A stretch of DNA of 26,291 nt from Archangiaceae bacterium (GTDB lineage: Bacteria; Myxococcota; Myxococcia; Myxococcales; Myxococcaceae). The position numbers and the translations under genes were made by a program. Every line of letters starts with the position of its first letter. Position 1 is the first letter of the stretch. This document shows, one piece after another, positions 7,612 to 17,506 of the stretch. The notes beneath the pieces were generated by a model, which made no database searches, was not told the origin of the DNA, and saw only the letters and a program-made list of their open reading frames with translations. Location of the stretch: the NCBI GenBank assembly GCA_043750125.1, contig JAYVCD010000094.1, forward strand, positions 1 through 26,291. Reading direction: 5' to 3'.

Positions 7612-9285
7612 ATGCCCCGACCCATTTCTCGTCCGGCGCCGTTCGCACCGATTTCCGCGCGCGCCGAGGACGTCTCGGCGAGCCCGTCGGTCTTGGTTTC
7701 GCGTGAATCGGGTGATTCTTTTGCAGCCGGCAAACCGCGGCCGCCCGTTCCGGCCGAGCTGGCGAGATCGATCAGTGACTGGGTCCGGGGACCCACCGGC
7801 CACGCGGCCGAGCAGGCCATTTTGGACCTGCTCGAGAAGGCGAACGCCGTCCCCAACGGCCTGGCTTCCACCTTCTACGAGCTGTCGCGGATCGACGGCC
7901 GCCTTCCCGAGAAGATGATTCGCGATGTGGCCGATCGATCGATTTCTGATCGCCTTCACGGCCGTGAACAATCACCCGAAGCGCTGAAGCTCTGGTCGAT
8001 GTTGATGGACGGTGCCCCGGTGCCCCGAAGTCGGGACGCGATGCTGTTCGGGCTGCTGGCCCGCGCGATGGAGATCGGCTCGATTTCCGAACCCGCGGTG
8101 GCGACCTACGCCCGCGAGCGGCTGCGAGACACGGACGGGCAGCTGTCGGTCTTCGGCGCCACGCTCGACCGCCTGGATCGCCGGAAGGCCTCCCAGAAAG
8201 GCACCTTCGGCAACCGGGCGCTGAACTTCGCGTACCACTTCTACGACAAGACCCGGCTGACCCACGTGCTCAACACGCTGATGGGCACCCACGACACCGA
8301 GTCGCCTGCCGAGGTGCAGCGCGCGCTGACCAGCCCCAAGGTCCGGGGTGCGGACGGGGTCGAAAAATCTCTGGGCGATGTCACGGTGCTGGTCAACGGA
8401 ATGCTGAACCTCGAGCCGACGGCGCCGATGATGTTTCGGCTCGCGCGCCACACCGCCGGGCCGGTCATCCTCGCGAGCAGCAACCCCGATGGGGCAGACG
8501 GTTATCGGCTGCGCGAGCTGACCGAAATCTGGGGCGTGCCGGTGCCGCCCGAGCTGAAGGGCAAGCTCTGGGCGATTGGCGACGTCTCGGCCACGATGAT
8601 CACCTGGCCCCAGGGTTCGGACCTGTTGATCGAGCACCTGGGAATCATCGACGCCCAATTTGCTGCGCTGAAGGCTGCGAATCCGAAACTGGCGGGGGTC
8701 GATTCGTTCCGCGCGGCGAAGACCACCGTCGTCGGCTACAGCCAGGGCGCGCTGTCTGCGACCGCGGCGCGAAAGCGGTTGGAAGACGCTGGGCTGCCCG
8801 ATGTCATCGACAACCTGATCGCCGTCGCGGGCGATTTCGCGGGTACCCCCTTCGCCGACGGGGTCGACTCGGCCGAAGACCTTCAGGCCGGACAGGGACA
8901 TTCCGGCCCCAACGCGCGGGTGGCTCAGACACTCGAGAAAATCCTCGCCCAGGTCGATGGCGAAGAAGGAGCGCGGACGTTCGAATCGAACGACCCGGAC
9001 TTCGTTCGCCGAATGAGCCAATCGCTGGGCTTGAGCTCGGACCTGGTCGACGTGTCCTACTACGCGAAGGCCAGCAGCCCGACCGACAAGGTCGAGCCGA
9101 TTTTCGGCAGCGCCGCACGACTGCTCGAGTGGGCCCTGGGAAATCGCGGGCACGGCTCGGACGGAGTGATTCTGACCGGCGAGTCCCAACTCGGCCGCAA
9201 GGTGGTGATGGACGAGAGCCCCAAGAGCCACCTGATGATCTGGAAGGACCAGGACACGGTCGACCGGATCCTCGAAGCGCTCTGA
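7612..9285 (+). CDS. Alpha/beta-hydrolase (lipase/esterase-like) with long N-terminal extension
   Basis: Nucleophile elbow VVGYSQG, LIAVAG..AGTP, SDGVI (acid) and C-terminal SHL (His). The roughly 250 aa N-terminal region is unrecognised and has no signal peptide. Confidence 0.75.
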   Translation: MPRPISRPAPFAPISARAEDVSASPSVLVSRESGDSFAAGKPRPPVPAELARSISDWVRGPTGHAAEQAILDLLEKANAVPNGLASTFYELSRIDGRLPEKMIRDVADRSISDRLHGREQSPEALKLWSMLMDGAPVPRSRDAMLFGLLARAMEIGSISEPAVATYARERLRDTDGQLSVFGATLDRLDRRKASQKGTFGNRALNFAYHFYDKTRLTHVLNTLMGTHDTESPAEVQRALTSPKVRGADGVEKSLGDVTVLVNGMLNLEPTAPMMFRLARHTAGPVILASSNPDGADGYRLRELTEIWGVPVPPELKGKLWAIGDVSATMITWPQGSDLLIEHLGIIDAQFAALKAANPKLAGVDSFRAAKTTVVGYSQGALSATAARKRLEDAGLPDVIDNLIAVAGDFAGTPFADGVDSAEDLQAGQGHSGPNARVAQTLEKILAQVDGEEGARTFESNDPDFVRRMSQSLGLSSDLVDVSYYAKASSPTDKVEPIFGSAARLLEWALGNRGHGSDGVILTGESQLGRKVVMDESPKSHLMIWKDQDTVDRILEAL

Positions 9286-9297
9286 CCCCGACGGGGC

Positions 9298-9963
9298 TCA
9301 AGGGGAAACCCACCAGACGAGCTCGCCGTGGGTGGGCTGGACCTTCTGAATCGGCAGCTCGCCGCTCTTGCCCTGCACCCGCTGAAGAATCTCTTTCTTC
9401 TCGGGGCCCGCGGCAATGATCCACACCCGCTTCGCCGCGTTGATCAGGGGCAAGGTCATCGTCATCCGCTTCGGGGTTTCGTTCATCACCACCAGGCGCG
9501 ATTTCTCGGCCAGCTGGGGCGAGCCGGGAAACAACGAGGCGGTGTGACCGTCGGCCCCCAGCCCCAGCAGGACCAGGTCGAGCACCGGCACGCCTTCGTG
9601 AAGTTCTTTGATCCGCGAGCGCAGCAGCTGCTCGTACCCCGCGGCGTCGCCCTGCTCGGCCGGCATCGGGTGGGCCACCACCTTCACTTCCCCCAGCTCA
9701 TCGAGCAGCGCCTTCTTCACCATTCCGTAGTTCGATTCGGGGTGGTCGAGCGGGACTGGACGTTCGTCGCCGAAGAACAGCTCGACCTTCGGCCACTCGA
9801 TCAGCGGAGTCATCGCCAGCGACTGGTAGAGCAACCGGGGAGTCTTTCCCCCGGACAAAGCGATCGAGAACGGGGTGTGCCACGTCATCTCGACCGCGTC
9901 GATCAGCGCCCCTTCGAGCTGTTCGACCAGGGTGGGCAGGTCTGGGCAGAGAATGTTTTTCAT
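9298..9963 (-). CDS. pgl: 6-phosphogluconolactonase
   Basis: [43 protein letters not shown] and RMTMTLP.IN.A; ATGA overlap with the zwf stop. Confidence 0.96.
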   Translation of the reverse strand: MKNILCPDLPTLVEQLEGALIDAVEMTWHTPFSIALSGGKTPRLLYQSLAMTPLIEWPKVELFFGDERPVPLDHPESNYGMVKKALLDELGEVKVVAHPMPAEQGDAAGYEQLLRSRIKELHEGVPVLDLVLLGLGADGHTASLFPGSPQLAEKSRLVVMNETPKRMTMTLPLINAAKRVWIIAAGPEKKEILQRVQGKSGELPIQKVQPTHGELVWWVSP

Positions 9964-11348
9964 TGGGTGTTCCAGCCGCCCACGTCCGAGACCAGCTGGT
10001 CGGCCTCGGCCGGGCCCCAGGTGCCGGGGTCGTACTCGAACATCGGGCTGGGGCCGTGAATCACCGGGTCGACGATGGCCCAGGCCGCCTCGACTACGTC
10101 TTGCCGGGCGAAGAGGGTCGCGTCGCCGGCCATCGCGTCGCCGAGCAGCCGCTCGTAGGCTTCCATTCGACCCTTCTCGCCCTGCTCCGGGGTCTCGACG
10201 ACGCTCAGTTCCACCGGCTTGCCGGTCATTCCTTCGCCGGGTGCCTTGGCCCGCGCGCCCATCGCGATCACCACCGTCGGGCTCAACCTGAAGCGGATGT
10301 AATTGCCCATCGCCGGAGCCTTCTCGTTGAAGACCACCTGGGGCGGATTCTTCAGCTCGACGAACAGCTCGGTGGTGGTGGTCTTGAGGCACTTTCCCGC
10401 GCGCACGTAGAACGGGACGCCTTCCCACCGCCACGAATCGATGTGAAGCCGCAGTGCTGCGTAGGTGGCCATGTGCGAGTCCTTCGCGACGCCCTCTTCA
10501 TCGCGATAACCGCGAAATTGGCCGCGGACCATGTGCTTCGGGTCCATCGGGCGGATGTTCCGCAAAACTTTCGCCTGCTCGTCTCGAATCGCTTCGGGCC
10601 AGGTGGACGAGGGCGGTTCCATCGCCAGGTAGCTGACGACCTGCAGCAGGTGGTTCTGAATGACGTCGCGAATGACGCCGGTCTCTTCGTAGAACTTTCC
10701 ACGGCCCTTCACCCCGAAGCTTTCCGCGAGGGTGATCTGCACGTTCTCGACGTAGTTCCGGTTGAAGATCGGCTCGAGGAAGGCATTGGCAAACCGGAAG
10801 TAGAGGATGTTCTGCACGGCTTCCTTCCCCAGGTAGTGGTCGATGCGAAAGACCGCTTCCTCGGGAAAGCTCTTGTGCAGCACGGCGTTGAGCTCGCGCG
10901 CCGACTCGAGGTCCCGCCCAAACGGCTTCTCGACGATCACCCGCGCGTCCTGGGTCAACCCCGCTTCGACCAGGTGGCCAACCACGGCCCCGAACATGCT
11001 CGGGGGAATCGCCAGGTAGTGCGCGGGTCGCTTCGCGTCGTTGAGGGCGGCCTTCAACTTCACGAAGGTCGCCGGCTCGTTGTAGTCGCCATCGATGTAC
11101 TGCAGCTTGGCTGCGAGCCGGGGGAAGGCCTCGGGATCCAGGCCTCCGTATTCGGTGACGCTCGCCTTCGCCCGTTCGATCAGCTGCTCGCGGCCAATTC
11201 CAGATCGACCCACGCCCACCACTGGAAAATTCAGTCGCCCCGCCCGGGCCAGGGCCTGCAGCGCGGGAAAGATTTTCTTGTAGGCCAGGTCTCCGGTGGC
11301 GCCGAAGAAGACCAACGCGTCCGACTGCTGCCGGGGGGGCGCGGTCAC
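9960..11348 (-). CDS. zwf: Glucose-6-phosphate 1-dehydrogenase
   Basis: [45 protein letters not shown] and AYERL; GTGA overlap with the gnd stop. Confidence 0.98.
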   Translation of the reverse strand: MTAPPRQQSDALVFFGATGDLAYKKIFPALQALARAGRLNFPVVGVGRSGIGREQLIERAKASVTEYGGLDPEAFPRLAAKLQYIDGDYNEPATFVKLKAALNDAKRPAHYLAIPPSMFGAVVGHLVEAGLTQDARVIVEKPFGRDLESARELNAVLHKSFPEEAVFRIDHYLGKEAVQNILYFRFANAFLEPIFNRNYVENVQITLAESFGVKGRGKFYEETGVIRDVIQNHLLQVVSYLAMEPPSSTWPEAIRDEQAKVLRNIRPMDPKHMVRGQFRGYRDEEGVAKDSHMATYAALRLHIDSWRWEGVPFYVRAGKCLKTTTTELFVELKNPPQVVFNEKAPAMGNYIRFRLSPTVVIAMGARAKAPGEGMTGKPVELSVVETPEQGEKGRMEAYERLLGDAMAGDATLFARQDVVEAAWAIVDPVIHGPSPMFEYDPGTWGPAEADQLVSDVGGWNTQ

Positions 11349-12355
11349 TTTTTCTCCGAGTGACCACCGAAGCCAAACCGCATCGCCGACAGCACTTTGT
11401 TCTGGAACTCGTCTTCGCCCCGCGACGCGAAGCGTTCGAAGAGCGCGGCGGTCAAGACGTGCGCGGGCACTCCTTCGTCGTTCGCCGCGGCAATCGCCCA
11501 GCGCCCCTCGCCCGAATCGGACACCCGGCCGGCGAAGCTGTCGAGGTTCGGTTGGGTGACGAAGGCTGCGGCGGTCAAGTCGAGCAGCCAGGACGAGATC
11601 ACGCTTCCCCGCCGCCAGACCTCGGTGATGCTGCCGAGGTCGAAGTCGTACTGGTAGTGCTCGGGCTGACGAAGCGGAGTCGTCTCGGCGTCCTTCTCGT
11701 GGGTGCCCTTGCCGATGTTCGCCTTCTTCAAGATGTTCAGCCCTTCCCCGTACGCGGCCATCAGCCCGTACTCGATCCCGTTGTGGATCATCTTCACGAA
11801 ATGCCCCGCCCCGGCCGGCCCGCAGTGCAGGTAGCCCAGCTCGGCGGTGCCCCCCAGGTTCTGCCGCCCGGGGGTGGGTGCCAGGGTGCCTTTTCCCGGA
11901 GCCAGGGTGAGGAAGATCGGGTCGAGCCGCTTCACCACCTCGGGCTCGCCGCCGATCATCAGGCAGTAGCCGCGCTCGAGGCCGAACACCCCTCCGCTGG
12001 TGCCCATGTCGAGGTAATGGATTCCCAGCGTCCCCAGCCGCTTCGAGCGCGCGATGTCGTCGTGGTAGTGCGAGTTGCCCCCGTCGATGATCGTGTCGCC
12101 CTTCTCGAGCAGCGGCAGCAGCTGCTCAATCGAAGCGTCGACCACCGCGGCGGGGACCATCAGGCAAAGGGTGCGCGGCTTTTGAAGCTTCGCGACCAAC
12201 TGCTCGAGGGTCGCGCTGCCGATCGCGCCTTCCTGGACCAGGGCGTCGACCGCGGCCGCCGAGTAATCGAACACCACGCTGGTGTGACCGCCTCGCATCA
12301 GCCGCCGAACCATGTTGGCCCCCATCCTTCCCAGACCGATCATTCCCAGTTGCAT
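11345..12355 (-). CDS. gnd: 6-phosphogluconate dehydrogenase (decarboxylating), short type
   Basis: [48 protein letters not shown] and [10 protein letters not shown]; 336 aa; AAGGGG upstream of ATG 12355. Confidence 0.97.
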   Translation of the reverse strand: MQLGMIGLGRMGANMVRRLMRGGHTSVVFDYSAAAVDALVQEGAIGSATLEQLVAKLQKPRTLCLMVPAAVVDASIEQLLPLLEKGDTIIDGGNSHYHDDIARSKRLGTLGIHYLDMGTSGGVFGLERGYCLMIGGEPEVVKRLDPIFLTLAPGKGTLAPTPGRQNLGGTAELGYLHCGPAGAGHFVKMIHNGIEYGLMAAYGEGLNILKKANIGKGTHEKDAETTPLRQPEHYQYDFDLGSITEVWRRGSVISSWLLDLTAAAFVTQPNLDSFAGRVSDSGEGRWAIAAANDEGVPAHVLTAALFERFASRGEDEFQNKVLSAMRFGFGGHSEKK

Positions 12356-12434
12356 TGCGTGCCCCTTGAAAGAGATTTTTTGTCCTTTACGCCTTTCTGC
12401 CTGCTCCGGGTCGGCACAAGGTAGGTTTCCACGC

Positions 12435-13262
12435 ATGCGCTGTGCCGGCTTGGCTTCAACGGCGGTCCTGGGTGTGCTTTTCCTGCTTTCGACGGCCCAG
12501 GCGGCCAACCCCAAAAGCGGAGCTCTGATTAAAGAGGGCGACCGGCTGTACAAAGAAAACAAGTACCGGGAAGCCGCCGAGGCGCTGAAAAAGGCCTACG
12601 ACCTCGAGCCCGCGGGGGTGCTGCTCTACAACATCGCCCGCGCGTACGACCAGGCGGGCGAGCTGAAGATCGCCCTCGACTACTACCGGGTGTTCGTCGG
12701 TCAAGAAGGCTCAGAGCCTGCCCTGGTCAAGAAGGCCAACCTCGCGATGGACCGGCTGCGAACCCTGGTGGCGAAAGACGAGGCGGGACGACAGATGAAC
12801 GACGCCGAAAAGAAGCGGCTCGAAGACGAGGCGCGCGCGGCGAAAGGAAAGGCCAGCGAAGAGGCCGAGAAAGGCCGGGTGCAGAAAGAGGCGTACGAGG
12901 CCAAAGAGAAGGAAGCCGTCAAAGCGGCGCAGAGCAAGACGAGCCTGCGCCTGGTCAGCAGCCTGGGGCTGGGCGGGGTCGCGGTTGCAGCGCTGGGCTC
13001 GGGAATCGCCTTTGGGGTGCTGGCCGGTTCGAGCAAGTCGAGCTTCAACGCGGCGACCACCGGGGCGGACAAGAAGAGGCTCGAGAGCGAAACGAGGACC
13101 CGCGCATTGATTGCCGACGTGAGCTTCGTCGGCGCAGCGGCGGCCGCGGTGGTGGCGGTGATCCTCTTTCCCAAGGGCGGTGCGGCGTCAGAAAAGGCGG
13201 TCGAGGTGGTCTTCGCGCCGGCTCCGGGCGGGGCGTTTGCTGGGCTCCAGGGGTGCTTCTAA
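12435..13262 (+). CDS. Secreted TPR protein with charged helical linker, two hydrophobic segments and C-terminal Phe
   Basis: Signal peptide ending AQA; TPR-like YREAAEALKKAY..P..LLYNIARAYDQAG; two Gly/Ala-rich hydrophobic stretches; ends PAPGGAFAGLQGCF. Confidence 0.85.
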   Translation: MRCAGLASTAVLGVLFLLSTAQAANPKSGALIKEGDRLYKENKYREAAEALKKAYDLEPAGVLLYNIARAYDQAGELKIALDYYRVFVGQEGSEPALVKKANLAMDRLRTLVAKDEAGRQMNDAEKKRLEDEARAAKGKASEEAEKGRVQKEAYEAKEKEAVKAAQSKTSLRLVSSLGLGGVAVAALGSGIAFGVLAGSSKSSFNAATTGADKKRLESETRTRALIADVSFVGAAAAAVVAVILFPKGGAASEKAVEVVFAPAPGGAFAGLQGCF

Positions 13263-14642
13263 GTGCGGCGGCTGGTCGCCTTCGCCACGGTGGGCTTGAG
13301 CCTCTCGTGCAGCTTCACCACCGCGACGGGCTTCAACCCCTGCGAGACCGACAGCCAGTGCGCGATGGACCACGCCTGCCTCGAGAACTTCTGCACCCAG
13401 ATGACCCTGGGGTGTCGGCGGCAAATCGGCGAATTCACCTCGACGAACCGGGTGGTGTTCGCAGCCACGTTGCCGTTGAGCAGCGCGCCCGATGGAGGAG
13501 TCGTCGATGAGTCTGAGCAGCAGGGCCTCAACGCACTCGCGCTGGCGGTCGACGAAGGCAACCGGCGCGACGGGATCAAGGGAAAGAAGTTCGCGCTGAT
13601 CTTCTGCGACACGTTCGGGGACGACGCGATCGCCAAGCAGCAACTGACGTGGCTGGCTTCCGAAATGAAGGTGGTCGCGGTGGTGAGCTCAGGCTCGGAT
13701 CAGACGATCGCGATCACCAACGTGGCGGCGGTGCGCGATGTGCTGGTGATCAGCGCGACCGCCACCTCGGCCGAGCTGATCGGCACCTTCCAGAGCAATC
13801 GGCAGTTGGTGTGGCGCACCGCTCCGCCCGATTCGCTGCAAGCCCGGGTGATGGCGGACTTGATCGAGGCCGACTACCCCTCGGACGCTGGAGTTAAAAT
13901 CGGGATCGCCTACGTGGACACCACCTACGGCCAGGGCCTGTCGGCGGGGCTTCGCGCGCGCTTGCCCCCGCGGTTCGAGGTGAAGGAGGCGCCCTATAAG
14001 CGCAACGCCGACACCACCCAGGTGGTCAACGACTTGAACGCCTTCGCCCCGAAGCTGACAATGGTGGTGGGTTTTCCGCCCGACATCCGAAACATCGTGA
14101 ACCTCGCGAAGACCAAAGCGGCCCTGAGCAAGGCCTCGGGCCACCAGTGGCTCTTTTCCGACAGCGCCAAGGACCCTGCGATTCTGTCTGACGGAACGTT
14201 GGCCGAGCTGGTGGGAAGCTTCGGCACCGCCCCGGCGCAGGGAGCGGGCGCGACGTTCCCTTCGTTCAAAGATCGCTTCTTCACCAAGTACGCCGCCGAC
14301 CCGGCGAGCTTCTCGTTCACCTCTCACAGCTACGACGCGATGTACCTGCTGATGCTGTCGGCCGCCTGGGCGACGGCCAACGACGGAGCGGTGACCGGGC
14401 TGCGCATGGCCGACGGAATGCGAAACGTCTCGAAGGGCGCGGCCTATTCGCTGTCCCCCGACAACTTCACCGGAGCCGTGACCGCGATGCAGTCGCGGAT
14501 CTCAATCGACGTCGAAGGCGCGAGCGGCAAGCTGAACTTCGACCTCGACGCCGGCGCGCCTTCTTCTCCGTACGAGCTGTGGCGGGTGGAAGCCGACGGC
14601 GGCTTCACCACCACCCGGCTCGTCGAGCCCACAGGCCTTTGA
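13263..14642 (+). CDS. Lipoprotein, LivJ/LivK-like periplasmic binding protein type I with N-terminal Cys motif
   Basis: Lipobox LSLSC; C-x5-C-x5-C-x4-C module; ALALAVDE.N..GI.G, ISATATS, WRTAPPD..QA, YG.GL, SYDAMYL and GASG.L.FD. The GTG directly abuts the upstream TAA. Confidence 0.88.
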   Translation: MRRLVAFATVGLSLSCSFTTATGFNPCETDSQCAMDHACLENFCTQMTLGCRRQIGEFTSTNRVVFAATLPLSSAPDGGVVDESEQQGLNALALAVDEGNRRDGIKGKKFALIFCDTFGDDAIAKQQLTWLASEMKVVAVVSSGSDQTIAITNVAAVRDVLVISATATSAELIGTFQSNRQLVWRTAPPDSLQARVMADLIEADYPSDAGVKIGIAYVDTTYGQGLSAGLRARLPPRFEVKEAPYKRNADTTQVVNDLNAFAPKLTMVVGFPPDIRNIVNLAKTKAALSKASGHQWLFSDSAKDPAILSDGTLAELVGSFGTAPAQGAGATFPSFKDRFFTKYAADPASFSFTSHSYDAMYLLMLSAAWATANDGAVTGLRMADGMRNVSKGAAYSLSPDNFTGAVTAMQSRISIDVEGASGKLNFDLDAGAPSSPYELWRVEADGGFTTTRLVEPTGL

Positions 14643-14649
14643 GCGTTCG

Positions 14650-16863
14650 TTGCCCCCACCGGTAATCTCCGAATTCGAGGTGACCCAACAGCTGCCTCCG
14701 ATTGGAGGGGCTGAAGTCTATCTGGCCCGCCGGCTGTCCTCGGGGCAGGCGGTGGTGCTGCGGGTGCTGCGCGAAGAGCTGAGCGCATCTGAAATGCTGG
14801 TCGCCTGCTTCCTCGACGCGGTTTCAGCGGCGAGAACGGTCGTCCACCCCTACCTCGCCCAGGTGCTCGACTCGGGAATCACCCCGCAGGGGCGGCCGTG
14901 GGTGGCCACCGAATATTTCGAAGGCGAGGATCTCGCTCAGCACCTGCGCACCAACCCGGGGCTGTCGCCCGCCGAGCTGATTCGACTTGCAGTCCCGTTG
15001 TGCGAAGCGCTCGAGGCGGCGCACGCGGTCGGGGTTCTTCACGGCGGCCTCAAGCCTTCGAGCATCTTCATCGCGCGCGGCTTGGGGAACGAAGCGAGCC
15101 GCCTGCTGGACCTGGGCCTCTCGCGTTTCGAAGGAGACCTCTCGGTCGAGGGCGATCGGGCGGCGCAGGTGGCGTTGCTGATGTACGCGGCACCCGAGAC
15201 GATTGCCGGGGGCAAGCCCGACGTGAGATCGGACCTCTATTCGTTGGGAGTGGTGCTGTACGAGGCGGTGACCGGAGCGCCTCCGTTCGTGGCCTCGGGC
15301 CCCGACGGGTTGCGGAAACTTCAGCTCGAAAAGGCTCCGCGGCGACTGACGGGACGAAATGCGCCGCTGGCGGCGGTGGTCGAGCGCTGCCTGGCCAAGA
15401 ACCCCATCGATCGCTACAGCACGGCGCGGCAGCTGGCCGATGCGCTGCTCGCCTGTCGGCTGCCCACCACGCTGGACCCCGCGGTGTCGGGAAGCGGTCA
15501 AGACGCAGCGGCGGCAGACGAGGCGCGGGAACAGCTGGGGGACGTGCTGGGCAGCTACCAGTTGGTTCGGTTGATTGGTGAAGGCTCGATGGGTCGGGTC
15601 TACCTGGCGCAGCACACCAAGCTGGGTCGGCAGGTCGCACTGAAGGTGTTGCGCACCAACCAGACCCGCCACCGCGCGCTGGTGCAGCGCTTTTTCCAGG
15701 AAGCCCGCACCGTCAATCAAATCAACCACGAGCACATCGTCGAAGTATTCGACTTCGTCGAAGAGCTGACCCCCGATGGAATCAACCTCGTCTATTGCGT
15801 GATGGAGCTGCTCGCCGGCACCAGCCTCTCGGCGTTGCTGTCGATCGAACGGCTGGCAGTGAACCGGACGGTGGCGATGGCCCGACAGATTTGCAGCGCG
15901 CTCGGAGCCGCGCACCAGGTCGGCGTCATTCACCGCGACATCAAGCCCGACAACATCTTCCTCACCACCCGTGCGGGGCAGGCCGATTACGTCAAGGTCC
16001 TGGACTTCGGGGTTGCGAAAGTGACGGTGCAGCCGGGGCTGAAGATCACGGTGAGCGATACGGCCAGCGGCGCCCTGGTGGGTACCCCGACGTACATGTC
16101 GCCCGAGCAGGCCGCGGGACTGAAGGTGGACCCCCGGGCCGACATCTACGCGCTGGGGACCCTGATGTACGAGATGCTCACCGGGCACCCCCCTTTCCAG
16201 TCGACGACCTTTGGCCAGCTGGCCGCAGAGATCATCACCAAGGACCCTCCGCCGATTGGAAGCCTTTCGATCGCAGGCGAGAAGGTTCTCCCGGGGTTGA
16301 AGGCCGAGATCTACCGCGCGCTCGAGAAAGATCCGCAGGCGCGCCACCCGACGATGGAAGCCTTCAGCCAGGCCCTGGCGCCCTACGAGCTGAGGAATGC
16401 GGGGCGCGCGTCGTCGACCCGGCGGGCCGCGTTTCTGGCGGGCTCGGTGGGGCTGGTCGCGATGTTTGGCGTGGCCGTCAGTCGCCTGGGCGCGGGGGTC
16501 CCGGTCGCTCCGCCGGTGCTTGCCATTCCCGAGCGGGTGCCGGTGGAAGTGCCGCCGACGGTCCATCTGACGGTGGGCTCGACCCCTTCGGGGGCGCGGG
16601 TGACCCGGAAGGATACCGGGCTCGAGCTGGGGGTGACTCCGCTGGGCGTGGTGCTGCCGCGCGATGAGGCTCCGCTGGTCCTCGAGCTGAGCCTCGCAGG
16701 TCACCGACCGACCGAACGGGTGGTGCGACTCGACGCCAATACTGCGCTCGACGTCTCGTTGGAAAGAGACGTGGAACCCACACCCAACCGCCCTTCCCCA
16801 CCCGTGGTTAAGCCAAGGAAGAGGATCGGCAAAGAGAGTACGATCGACCCGTTCTCGGAGTGA
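14650..16863 (+). CDS. Membrane Ser/Thr protein kinase: degenerate kinase domain + intact Hanks kinase domain + TM + PEGA domain
   Basis: Domain 2 has GEGSMG.V, VALK, HRDIKPDN, DFG, GTPTYMSPE and DIYALG. Domain 1 is homologous but degenerate. The TM lies at about 16426-16482 and a PEGA-like S.P.GA.V...LG.TP domain at about 16561-16764. The TTG start is uncertain. Confidence 0.95.
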   Translation: MPPPVISEFEVTQQLPPIGGAEVYLARRLSSGQAVVLRVLREELSASEMLVACFLDAVSAARTVVHPYLAQVLDSGITPQGRPWVATEYFEGEDLAQHLRTNPGLSPAELIRLAVPLCEALEAAHAVGVLHGGLKPSSIFIARGLGNEASRLLDLGLSRFEGDLSVEGDRAAQVALLMYAAPETIAGGKPDVRSDLYSLGVVLYEAVTGAPPFVASGPDGLRKLQLEKAPRRLTGRNAPLAAVVERCLAKNPIDRYSTARQLADALLACRLPTTLDPAVSGSGQDAAAADEAREQLGDVLGSYQLVRLIGEGSMGRVYLAQHTKLGRQVALKVLRTNQTRHRALVQRFFQEARTVNQINHEHIVEVFDFVEELTPDGINLVYCVMELLAGTSLSALLSIERLAVNRTVAMARQICSALGAAHQVGVIHRDIKPDNIFLTTRAGQADYVKVLDFGVAKVTVQPGLKITVSDTASGALVGTPTYMSPEQAAGLKVDPRADIYALGTLMYEMLTGHPPFQSTTFGQLAAEIITKDPPPIGSLSIAGEKVLPGLKAEIYRALEKDPQARHPTMEAFSQALAPYELRNAGRASSTRRAAFLAGSVGLVAMFGVAVSRLGAGVPVAPPVLAIPERVPVEVPPTVHLTVGSTPSGARVTRKDTGLELGVTPLGVVLPRDEAPLVLELSLAGHRPTERVVRLDANTALDVSLERDVEPTPNRPSPPVVKPRKRIGKESTIDPFSE

Positions 16864-16864
16864 C

Positions 16865-17506
16865 ATGCGCGCTGGGCCGGTCTTTCTCTCGCTGCTGACG
16901 CTCACTTTCGCAAGCCCGGTCCGTGCCCAGGATCCCGCGGCAAAGTCTCGCGCGCTCTACCATCAGGCCCAGCAGGTCTATGACCGCGGCGAATTCGCCA
17001 ACGCGCTCGAGCTCTTCGTTCAGGCGTACGAGGCCAAGGCCTTGCCGGGCTTTCTATTCAACATCGCGCAGTGCCACCGCCAGTTGCGCAACTACGAAAG
17101 GTCGGGCTTCTACTTCAAGCGGTATCTCGAGGTGAGCCCGCACACCCCGAACGCGCGGGTCGTGCGCGAGTTGATTCTCGAAGTGGCGGCCAAGCAGGCC
17201 GGCGTTGAGGAGCTCAAGCGCACCGAGGCCTCTGCCGCCCAGGCCCAGGAAGTAGAGCTGGCCCGAATCGCCGTCGCGCATGCCGAGAGCGAAGCCACGG
17301 CACGACGAGACGAAGAGACCCAAAGGGTTGCGCGGGCGCTGCGGGAAAAATCGGTGGGGCGTGAATCGTCGGGCTCGGTGCTGACCCGCTGGTGGCTGTG
17401 GGCAGGCGTCGGGGTGATCGTGGCCGGCGCAGCGGCGGGGGCGGTCTACGTCGGGACGGCGCCGTCTCCCCGGCCGACCACCCTGGGCACGGAAAGCGCC
17501 CGGTGA
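16865..17506 (+). CDS. Secreted TPR protein with C-terminal membrane anchor
   Basis: Signal peptide ending VRA; YDRGEFANALELF.QAY...FLFNIAQCHRQL TPR; C-terminal RWWLWAGVGVIVAGAAAGAVYV hydrophobic helix. Confidence 0.87.
   Translation: MRAGPVFLSLLTLTFASPVRAQDPAAKSRALYHQAQQVYDRGEFANALELFVQAYEAKALPGFLFNIAQCHRQLRNYERSGFYFKRYLEVSPHTPNARVVRELILEVAAKQAGVEELKRTEASAAQAQEVELARIAVAHAESEATARRDEETQRVARALREKSVGRESSGSVLTRWWLWAGVGVIVAGAAAGAVYVGTAPSPRPTTLGTESAR

Noticed and set aside
9283-9300. Small dyad TGA-CCCCG-A-CGGGG-C-TCA between the convergent hydrolase and pgl stops
   Set aside because: The stem is too short and has no U-tract, so it cannot be supported as a terminator.
13263-14642. Branched-chain amino acid ABC transporter operon (liv)
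   Set aside because: Only the binding-protein fold is present, with no permease or ATPase in the window, so no liv symbol was assigned.
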